Part shown: positions 27,202 to 34,600 of the stretch, piece after piece
How positions within the stretch are numbered: position 1 is the stretch's first letter
How the letters are laid out: the number at the start of each line of letters is the position of its first letter
NCBI GenBank assembly: GCA_051439505.1
Contig: JBFRWI010000044.1
Span: 1 to 40,177 of the forward strand
Direction of reading: 5' to 3'
Origin: Hormoscilla sp.
GTDB taxonomy: Bacteria > Cyanobacteriota > Cyanobacteriia > Cyanobacteriales > Desertifilaceae
DNA length: 40,177 nucleotides
The notes under the pieces: generated by a model
The model's database searches: none
Told to the model about the DNA's origin: nothing
The model's input: only the letters and a program-made list of their open reading frames with translations
Program-made: the position numbers and the translations under genes

Positions 27202-27861
27202 ATGACTCAATTGCAAGCATCTGAACCGGAAATATATCAAGGACAGTTTGGTTCCTTTACTATTACAGAGGCCGATCGATCGGGCGTAATTATCTATCGC
27301 ACGGGCTTAAACATAGCGGCCTTCTGCTTTGCCCTCGGCAGTACCCTAGTGTTGTGGCAAGGAGGCACCCCAGCTGTTATTAACGCCCTCACTCCTTTAT
27401 ATGCAGTGTTTTGTTTAGCCCTAGGGGTCAGCTTACTTACCATTCACATCTATTTGGCAGTGCTGCACCGCGCATTACAGTTGTTTTGGGCGATCGGGGT
27501 CCTGGCCGCGATCGGATTTAGTCTTTTCTACAGCGAACCTTTGGCATTAACGGTCTACAACCACCCAACCACTTTATTTGGCATCGGCTTCACTTTCGCC
27601 GCCTTGACAGGAATTTACTTTAAGGAAGCCTTTTGCTTCAATCGTCTGGAAACCAAGTTGCTGACTCCCTTAGTACCAATACTGCTGTTAGGACATCTGA
27701 CTGGCATCTTACCAGTCATGACAGAACGAGTCTTGCTAGCTACCTGGGCAGTGGGGTTTGTAGTGTTTGCCCTGCGCAAGGCCCTGCAAGCTATCCCCCC
27801 TGACATTGGCGATAAGTCGGTTTTTGCCTATCTCAAACAGCAGCGTCAGACAGCAGGATAA
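27202..27861 (+). CDS. DUF2301 integral membrane protein
   Basis: YQGQFG.F.IT..DR..V..YR, IHIY, FKEAFCF and DIGDKSVF motifs. Confidence 0.88.
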   Translation: MTQLQASEPEIYQGQFGSFTITEADRSGVIIYRTGLNIAAFCFALGSTLVLWQGGTPAVINALTPLYAVFCLALGVSLLTIHIYLAVLHRALQLFWAIGVLAAIGFSLFYSEPLALTVYNHPTTLFGIGFTFAALTGIYFKEAFCFNRLETKLLTPLVPILLLGHLTGILPVMTERVLLATWAVGFVVFALRKALQAIPPDIGDKSVFAYLKQQRQTAG

Positions 27862-27938
27862 TAGCAAAACATTGAAGTATTGCAGGTAGGTGAGGGGTGA
27901 TTGGTGATTGGTGAAAGCTAAAATGGGGTGCTATCAAA

Positions 27939-28463
27939 GTGATATCAGTTCTAATCAGTTTCTTTCTAGCAGGAGTTCCTCTAGAAGAAACTTCATTACT
28001 GCAACCAACTCCTTGGCAGATGCACGAACAGGTCTGTCGTCAAATGCCTATCGGCCTAGGAATTCCCGGATTTCAACCAGGAATTCACAAAAGTTATGTC
28101 CTGCACATGTTTGGCGTTCCCACTGGGACTGAGGAAGGCTATTGGCCCCATACCGATGCTGTTTTCTATGAACTGATTCGCGATCGCGTCAGTTTGGGCT
28201 TCCTGTTCGATCGAAATTCTGGAGTGCTTCGCCAAACCGAAGCTTCCTTTGCGACTGAGTTTGATTTTCAGGAGGTGCTGAAAACCCTCGATGCCATGTC
28301 AGGTTGTCAGATCGATCGGGAAATCAAACTCGGACTCCAACAGGTTTGGACTCGCCAGTCACCCCGCTACTCCTTTACCCTCGGTCCCCTTGAAGGCATC
28401 ATTGAGTGGGAAACTCAGCGCGATCGCATCTACATCGGCATCTGGCAATCAGACCTACATTAA
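27939..28463 (+). CDS. Hypothetical exported protein
   Basis: Hydrophobic N-terminus; LGFLFDRNSGVLRQTEASF...DRIYIGIW resembles a domain I recall at the C-termini of cyanobacterial Ser/Thr kinases. Confidence 0.7.
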   Translation: MISVLISFFLAGVPLEETSLLQPTPWQMHEQVCRQMPIGLGIPGFQPGIHKSYVLHMFGVPTGTEEGYWPHTDAVFYELIRDRVSLGFLFDRNSGVLRQTEASFATEFDFQEVLKTLDAMSGCQIDREIKLGLQQVWTRQSPRYSFTLGPLEGIIEWETQRDRIYIGIWQSDLH

Positions 28464-28477
28464 TATTTGGTCAGTTG

Positions 28478-28498
28478 GTAGGGTGGGCACTGCCCACC
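28478..28498 (+). repeat. GTAG-tagged REP-like 21-mer
   Basis: GTAGGGTGGGCACTGCCCACC between convergent genes. Confidence 0.9.
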
Positions 28499-28544
28499 AC
28501 GTCAGTTGTCTGCTAACTACTAGCCTGCCTTTCTGAGATGCACA

Positions 28545-29057
28545 TCAAAGATGCATTTCCATTGGGATAACGACTGCTTCTTCTGTGTCATTAGACTCAA
28601 CAGAAGGATCCGAGAGTGGTGGCCCCACTTGTGAGAAGCCATACCTTTTAAATAGGAGGAAATTCCGAGGGAGAATCGCCACCAATAGAATGGAAGCGTC
28701 ATGCTGTTTGGCGACCCTACAAGCAGAAGAGAAAATTTTGCTAAAGGGAATTTTACCTCGCTTTTCTTTAAGCAGGACGAGACGTGACATTTCGCAGACC
28801 TTGTGAGGATCGAACTGCTTGAGGTCAAACCCACTTTCCTCTATGGGTAGTCCGAGAGAGGGGTTAGGAAGAACAATTCGGTAAGTTCCGACAACAGCGT
28901 CAGAATCCTGAACTTGCATATATACTGAAAACTGGTCATAGTCATCAGGTATCTTCATACCAAACAGCTGTAGTTCGTGATGAAAGATGTCTATTTGCAT
29001 CTGGTTGCAAAGGTTTAATTGGTCAGAGATGCTGACCTGCTGAATCGAAATAGTCAT
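28545..29057 (-). CDS. GNAT-fold acyltransferase (FeeM N-acyl amino acid synthase / LuxI-like)
   Basis: DDYDQFS, VVGTYRIV, GLPIEE, CEMSRLVL...RG and FKRYGF motifs. Confidence 0.75.
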   Translation of the reverse strand: MTISIQQVSISDQLNLCNQMQIDIFHHELQLFGMKIPDDYDQFSVYMQVQDSDAVVGTYRIVLPNPSLGLPIEESGFDLKQFDPHKVCEMSRLVLLKEKRGKIPFSKIFSSACRVAKQHDASILLVAILPRNFLLFKRYGFSQVGPPLSDPSVESNDTEEAVVIPMEMHL

Positions 29058-29063
29058 CGAATA

Positions 29064-29789
29064 TTACCGCTTTTTATAAATTGCAAAGCGATCGCCATTA
29101 CTGGTGTCTTGGAAATCAAATCCTGCTTCACTTAACATTGTCCGAGAAATCTCGGGTTTAAAACAGGTAATTAATAGCTGTTCTTGAGCTAATATTTTTC
29201 CATCTTTCTTAAAGAAATAACTCTTCTGGAAAGTATGATATTCACTCGTTTCTTCCCCTTCCTCTAGCAACTGGGAATAGACAATTCCCCCAGCCAATGT
29301 TTTTTCAAAGTCCTCGTGTGGTTTTTGCAGGTGTAACAATAATAATCCTCCTGCTCGTAAATGGCGAGCTAAATTTGCCAACCCTTTCCGGTTGGCTTCA
29401 ATGCCGGGAACGTGGCCTCCAAATTCCCATCTATCGCGATCGCCCAAATCAAGAATTCCCCACACTCCTCCATTAGATATCGCTGCATCGAAGGTTGCGT
29501 TTAAGTCCATTGTTACAGCATCTGCTTCAATCAATTTAACTTTGTCTCCCAACCGTTTCTTGGCAATCTCCAGCATGGATGCAGTAAAATCAACTCCCGT
29601 AAACTCGCATGTTGGGTCAATCTCCATGTACTTTTCTACCAATAGTCCCGTTCCTACTCCTAACTCAAGCACCTCACGACCATTCCCCACAATTGAGTGT
29701 GCTTCGGAAGCGAGGATTTGGTAGTCGTAGTAACCCGAACTTACCCACAAGTCGTAATACTCAGTAATCTTTGTATATTGATTGATCAT
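29064..29789 (-). CDS. Class I SAM-dependent methyltransferase
   Basis: VLELGVGTG, GVDFTASML and EADA motifs; ends 6 nt before the acyltransferase start. Confidence 0.9.
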   Translation of the reverse strand: MINQYTKITEYYDLWVSSGYYDYQILASEAHSIVGNGREVLELGVGTGLLVEKYMEIDPTCEFTGVDFTASMLEIAKKRLGDKVKLIEADAVTMDLNATFDAAISNGGVWGILDLGDRDRWEFGGHVPGIEANRKGLANLARHLRAGGLLLLHLQKPHEDFEKTLAGGIVYSQLLEEGEETSEYHTFQKSYFFKKDGKILAQEQLLITCFKPEISRTMLSEAGFDFQDTSNGDRFAIYKKR

Positions 29790-30000
29790 TTTACTCTCTA
29801 GATCGACTAACGCTTCTTGCTCGTTACAGCTGTTGTTGCTCGGTCAACATAGGTATTTTGACCAGTAGCGCCGCAACTGTAGCCATTATAACAGTATGAA
29901 GGGCGATCGCAATCTCCTCAACGCATTTATAAGCAGTTCTTCGTTTGTCGGAGAGAGCTTCAAATTACCATATAGCAAGGGTTCTACCCTTGTTTCCCCG

Positions 30001-30127
30001 CCGCAGTCGGATCGTCTGAGAGCCTTGGTCGGATCGTCTGAGAGCCTTGGTCGGATCGTCTGAGAGCCGCAGTCGGATCGTCTGAGAGCCGCAGTCGGAT
30101 CGTCTGAGAGCCTTGGTCGGATCGTCT
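30001..30127. repeat. 22-bp tandem repeat, about 5.8 copies, two variants
   Basis: CC(GCA/TTG)GTCGGATCGTCTGAGAG units at 30001, 30023, 30045, 30067, 30089 and 30111. Confidence 0.95.
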
Positions 30128-30133
30128 CCCCGC

Positions 30134-30285
30134 GGGTGTGGTCAAAACCCGTTGATAGTTCTAGGGCCCTCCCAGTTGCCCCGATCCCCCCAAACCCCCC
30201 ATAAAAAGGGGGGCTTCCGGAGCCCCCCCTTTTGGAAGGGGGGGTTTGGGGGGGATCGGGCGATCAACTACTTTTGACCACACCC
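30134..30285 (-). mobile_element. MITE family C, intergenic copy, 152 bp, perfect 9-bp TSD
   Basis: Perfect TIRs GGGTGTGGTCAAAA / TTTTGACCACACCC; TSD TCTCCCCGC at 30125-30133 and 30286-30294. Confidence 0.95.
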
Positions 30286-30606
30286 TCTCCCCGCCAACGG
30301 AGAACTCCGAACTCGCATCACCCCCTTATTGTGCAACGCCCTCATCGAAATACCAACCGCCTAATTTCAAGCACAATAAACCAAGACCAGCTATATCGCT
30401 GGTCTTGGTCAAAATTGTCCATCAGTTGTCTAGAGGAAACCCGAACTGCGCGTTCCCAAGGCGTAGGCCGGTCAAGTGTTATCTTTTGTTTCTCTTCTAT
30501 ATATTGTAGCAACCTACACTATTTTTCGATCGTAAAAATTTAGATGCATTTGACAGACTTTACATAAATAAATTTTATCTGATGCTAGCTAAAGCATAAA
30601 TCAGCT

Positions 30607-32490
30607 CTATGAGAGCTTGCGGTCAGCGATCGCCTGTTGGGGCCGCCCCCAGAGGACAGTCTCTTGCTTATAGATCACCATACCAGGTTTAGCGCCCTTG
30701 GGCTTATAAACATGCTTGGGGGTTGTGTATATCACCGGCACCTGGTCGCTTTGGCGTCCTTGACTATAATACCCTGCCAGGTCGGCAGCAAATTGTAAAT
30801 CTGCTTCATCAGGCAGTTTACCAGGTTCTAAGCGCATCAGCACGTGACTGCCGGGAATTTCTTGGGTGTGAAACCAGAGGTCATAGTCATTGGCGATCCG
30901 AAAAGAAAGCTGGTCATTCTGCCGGTTGTTGCGACCGATCAACAGTTCAAAACCGCTGGGTGTCTGGAAACGATAAGGAACAGAGGTATCAGTCTGGCGG
31001 CGACGGGGCAGGTTACCCTTGTCCAGATATCCCTGATCCATTAATTCCTCGCGAATTTCTGTGAGAGTTTGCAAATCTTCCTTGGTCTGGTAGCTATCCA
31101 GTTGCCAGAGGGTAGCTTTCACCAGTTCCAGATACTCCATTTCTGCCTGCACTTGGTTGAATAATGGTTCAACGGCACTGCGGGCCCGTTTCAGCTTCTG
31201 GTGACGCTTGTAAAGAGATTGGGCATTACCGACGGCATTCTTTTCGGGATCTAGGGGAATGGTAATGGGTTGGTTGGTTTGGAAGTCGCACAGGGAAATG
31301 GATGTCATTCCCGGTTGCCACTCGTGCAAATAGGCCATCAGCAGGTCAGCTTGTTGACGATACTCGTCGGCGTTGTCCGACTGTTGTAACCGTTCCGAGA
31401 ATTTCAGGGCTTTTGAGGTCTGCTTTTCTAAGATATGCGCGAGTTTTTGCAGCAGTTGCTGGCGCAGTTGGGTGAATTCCTGGCTGTTCAACTTGCTGGT
31501 ATAGTACTGGGCGAGCAATTCCTGGGTAGAAGGGACTGGTGCCGGGGTGTGGTCAAAAGTAGTTGTAGAGGATCCCCCCAAACCCCCCTTAAAAAGGGGG
31601 GCTTCCGGAAGCCCCCCCTTTTGGAAGGGGGGGTTTGGGGGGGATCCGGCGGCTGAGGAGGCCCTAGAACTATCAACGGGTTTTGACCACACCCCTGCGC
31701 CCCAACCCATAACTGTATATCCCTCTTGAGTCCAGGCCGGATGAAATTGCCCTGTTTCTAGGGCCTGCAACCAGAATTGCCAGCATTTCCACAATTGCTG
31801 CCAGTCTCCATCTGTGAGAGTATCTGTAGGTTTATTTGGCTCTAAAAGAGCTGCTGCGACCATTGATTTTACCAGGGTTGGACTCAGTCCGCGATAGCAT
31901 TTGAGCAGTTGACGCCACAGCGGTCCGGGAACTAATGCCACTCGCTCTTGCCAGCGACCGAAAGATTCGTTCAAACTGGGAATAGCATTGGTCAGGGCTG
32001 GTGGTAGTGAGTAGGGCTGACCGGTGAGAATAGGACGGACGCTGGATTTTTCTTCGCTTACCTGGTGGGCAACGGTGACGATCTGGTTTTGCTGATTGGT
32101 TAAAATGACGTTACTGTATTTGCCCATGATCTCTACGTACAGGTGCCAGAGGGCTGGTTCTCCCGGACGCTTGGCAAATTGCAGGTCTAGGGCCCTTTCC
32201 CAAGGTGCAACCGGTTCGATGGCCACCCAGGCGAGACCATTCAGTTGATGTCGCAGTTGGTCGCTAAAGGTAAAGGTATCGGGTATTTTCGGCGGTGGGT
32301 CGCCGATGCATATATGTGCCGCTTGGGGATGCCAGCAGATATTTAGCCAACTTCGCCCCTTCAGGGTTCGCAATGCTAGGGCGATATTGTGCCGATCGCG
32401 CTGATAGACTGTTTCTAGTCTGGCGGGCACCAGGCGATCGCGCAGTTCGGCACAAGCAGCAATTAGGGTAGTAAAGTCAACGGGTTGCAC
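30607..32490 (-). CDS. rqcH: RqcH/NFACT (FbpA-like) ribosome quality-control protein with an in-frame MITE insert
   Basis: MQPVDFTTL, PWER, EIMGKYSN, NAQ.LYK..QKLKR, GRNNRQND, WFHTQEIPGSHV and KPKGAKPGMVIY motifs; GTG start. Confidence 0.92.
   Translation of the reverse strand: MQPVDFTTLIAACAELRDRLVPARLETVYQRDRHNIALALRTLKGRSWLNICWHPQAAHICIGDPPPKIPDTFTFSDQLRHQLNGLAWVAIEPVAPWERALDLQFAKRPGEPALWHLYVEIMGKYSNVILTNQQNQIVTVAHQVSEEKSSVRPILTGQPYSLPPALTNAIPSLNESFGRWQERVALVPGPLWRQLLKCYRGLSPTLVKSMVAAALLEPNKPTDTLTDGDWQQLWKCWQFWLQALETGQFHPAWTQEGYTVMGWGAGVWSKPVDSSRASSAAGSPPNPPFQKGGLPEAPLFKGGLGGSSTTTFDHTPAPVPSTQELLAQYYTSKLNSQEFTQLRQQLLQKLAHILEKQTSKALKFSERLQQSDNADEYRQQADLLMAYLHEWQPGMTSISLCDFQTNQPITIPLDPEKNAVGNAQSLYKRHQKLKRARSAVEPLFNQVQAEMEYLELVKATLWQLDSYQTKEDLQTLTEIREELMDQGYLDKGNLPRRRQTDTSVPYRFQTPSGFELLIGRNNRQNDQLSFRIANDYDLWFHTQEIPGSHVLMRLEPGKLPDEADLQFAADLAGYYSQGRQSDQVPVIYTTPKHVYKPKGAKPGMVIYKQETVLWGRPQQAIADRKLS
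31545..31694 (+). mobile_element. MITE family C, 150 bp, in frame within rqcH
   Basis: Perfect TIRs GGGTGTGGTCAAAA / TTTTGACCACACCC. Flanks CTGGTGCCG and CTGCGCCCC match only 5/9. Confidence 0.93.
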
Positions 32491-32532
32491 GGCGAGTATT
32501 ACCTAAGACAGCAAAGAATGCTTCTCCATCAT

Positions 32533-32755
32533 ATAGGTTTGTAGTAAAGACTTTAGTCTTTTCCGTTTGTCGCGATGGGTGCATCTCATCGCAAGCGTTG
32601 CCCGAACCCTAAAGGGTCCAGCTACATGAACAAAGCCCGCCTGCGCGGGCTAAATTACATCTATTATCAATGTAGCTTTGCGTGCATTGAGATGCACCCG
32701 TCGCGATCCGCCTCAACAGATAGGTTTGTAGTAAAGACTTTAGTCTTTTCCGTTT
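32533..32755. repeat. 36-bp direct repeat pair (GTAG-type palindrome) at 32533-32568 and 32720-32755
   Basis: ATAGGTTTGTAGTAAAGACTTTAGTCTTTTCCGTTT occurs twice; related to the 29-bp unit at 1227. Confidence 0.9.
32577..32699. mobile_element. MITE family D, 123 bp, 12-bp TIR GGGTGCATCTCA, 8-bp TSD
   Basis: TSD GTCGCGAT at 32569-32576 and 32700-32707. A solo end TGAGATGCACCC lies at 5115-5126. Confidence 0.92.
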
Positions 32756-32767
32756 ATCGTGGGCATC

Positions 32768-34483
32768 CTAAACAATGAGGTCAAGTTTAGTATTATCGAA
32801 CCCGACATTCACGAATTCAGTAATAACCCCATCCAGTCCGTCACCAGAGAAGGTAACTGTATAGTTCCCAGGTGGCACCTGCACCTGATAGCCACCAGCA
32901 GTCATCGTCCTGGTAGAAAAGGAACCATTAGAACCGCTGATGTTGACATTCACGTTTCCGAGTCCTTCGCCGCTGTCGTAGAAATTGTCAAAGTCAGCAT
33001 CTGCAAATGCTACTCCCAACAACCAGGGGTTGCCAAAGTTGAAGCGGGAGCCAAAATTCTGGACGACCACCAGGGGACCGACGCTAGTATTGGGGTTATT
33101 TTCAGGTCGGACATCAATACCCACTTCCCGGTAATTCCTGCTCATCATAATATTGCGGTGACTGGGCGGGTTTTGGATCCCCGTCACGCTGTCATCCCAG
33201 TCGATCGCCAACCCCGCGTGACCGTAGAAGACAGACTCTGAGAAAGCAAAGATATTCTCAGCATAGCCAGAAACATTATTATACCCAGCATTAGCAATTC
33301 GCTGACCTAGATCCGGCTCCCCAGGGAGTTGGTGGGACTGTTGGTCCCAAGCAATTATCTGCTGACCGTGACCCCTAGCAGCATTTTGCAGTTCTGGAGA
33401 CCAAGCAAGTGGCGCAGCTGAAGTAAGATTGCTCCACTGGGATGCCAATAGATTAACATCAACATTGAAGAAATTGAGCGCCCTGTTGACATCAGCATCT
33501 CCTGAATTTACCAACCTATTCAACTCTCCGGCAGGGTTCATGCGCATGCGGTTGAGCAACTCCAGCATTTCCTGCTGTTGTGACGTCGGCGGCCCCATGC
33601 TGATGCCAGAACTGATGGGTTGGGCATCTACAATTGTCAAAGTAGCAGTATTTTGCGTCCCCAGACCTGCCCGACCCCTAGGGTTACTCAAACGCAAGTT
33701 GACAGTCTCGTTCCCCTCAACTGCATTATCATCCCGGATGGAGATAGTGAACGTTTTGCTCGTTTCTCCATCAGCAAAATTTACGAGTCCTGATGCCGAC
33801 AAATAATCCGATCCTGCTCTAGCCGTGCCATTGAAAGTGCTATAATTGGCGCTAACTGCACCATCGCTACCGCCCGATCGCCTGACTGTAATTGTCGCAC
33901 TGACTCCATTCTCGCTGACATTGTAGGTTGCTTGAGAGAATGCCAATGTGCCTGGGTTTGATGGTGGCGGGGTCGGTGTCGATATTGGTGTCAGGTTCGT
34001 GGTGAAATCATTGCGATCGATCTCCCAAGGGTTAACATTTTCTAATCTTGCCAATACTTGACCGTTGCGCCGAATAATGGTGTCTCCTGCATTAACACCA
34101 GATATCTGTAGCTGATTAAATGTTAAGTTATCTGATAGCCCGAGCAAATCTTCTCCCTTAGTAAAGTCAGTAATAATATCTTCTCCCGAACTGAGCACAA
34201 AGATATCTCTGCCCGGACCTCCTGTTAATGTATCTCTGTTTTGGTCTCCATCCAGAAGATCGTTACCGCTTTCACCATCAAGCTGGTCATTACCCGGACC
34301 CGCCCTAATTATATCATCACCGTCGCCACCATCGATCGAGTCATTACCCGCGCTAGCAATCACCAGGTCATCTCCCTGAAAGGGAAACACGAGGTCATTT
34401 CCAGCTCTAGCGACTATGATGTCATTCTCTCCTGTACCTGTGATCGCGTCATTTCCAGATGTGCCATAAATTATATCATCCAT
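32768..34483 (-). CDS. RTX Ca-binding repeat / Calx-beta / CAP(SCP)-domain protein
   Basis: GxGND nonapeptides; Calx-beta (FSQATYNVSE...VEGNETVNLRL); CAP (ELLNRMR, AARGH, AENI, HRNIM, EVGI); beta-rich tail. Confidence 0.9.
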   Translation of the reverse strand: MDDIIYGTSGNDAITGTGENDIIVARAGNDLVFPFQGDDLVIASAGNDSIDGGDGDDIIRAGPGNDQLDGESGNDLLDGDQNRDTLTGGPGRDIFVLSSGEDIITDFTKGEDLLGLSDNLTFNQLQISGVNAGDTIIRRNGQVLARLENVNPWEIDRNDFTTNLTPISTPTPPPSNPGTLAFSQATYNVSENGVSATITVRRSGGSDGAVSANYSTFNGTARAGSDYLSASGLVNFADGETSKTFTISIRDDNAVEGNETVNLRLSNPRGRAGLGTQNTATLTIVDAQPISSGISMGPPTSQQQEMLELLNRMRMNPAGELNRLVNSGDADVNRALNFFNVDVNLLASQWSNLTSAAPLAWSPELQNAARGHGQQIIAWDQQSHQLPGEPDLGQRIANAGYNNVSGYAENIFAFSESVFYGHAGLAIDWDDSVTGIQNPPSHRNIMMSRNYREVGIDVRPENNPNTSVGPLVVVQNFGSRFNFGNPWLLGVAFADADFDNFYDSGEGLGNVNVNISGSNGSFSTRTMTAGGYQVQVPPGNYTVTFSGDGLDGVITEFVNVGFDNTKLDLIV

Positions 34484-34600
34484 TTTTTTACTCCAGTAGT
34501 TATTAATACAGCTTTTTCTATCTTTAATTGATAATTACTCTTGTCAGTCGCCTTGCCGCCCACCAGTTCTGTTGTCAATTTTTACTATTGTTAGTGCTTC

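Noticed and set aside
28545..29057. Definite LuxI quorum-sensing synthase
   Set aside because: There is no adjacent LuxR and the N-terminal LuxI R..F...W motif is not evident; kept only as a FeeM/LuxI-like GNAT.
30001..30127. 22-bp repeats as a CRISPR or mini-array
   Set aside because: Only a 3-nt two-state variable block; no spacers.
30232..30543. Short ORFs 30232..30543 and 30246..30509, and similar ORFs at 9823, 9875, 31488 and 31547
   Set aside because: They arise from the stop-poor MITE sequence or are antisense/alternate-frame shadows.
32533..32755. 36-bp direct repeat pair as CRISPR repeats
   Set aside because: Only two copies; the intervening DNA is mostly a MITE with a TSD, and the repeat belongs to the GTAG palindrome family.
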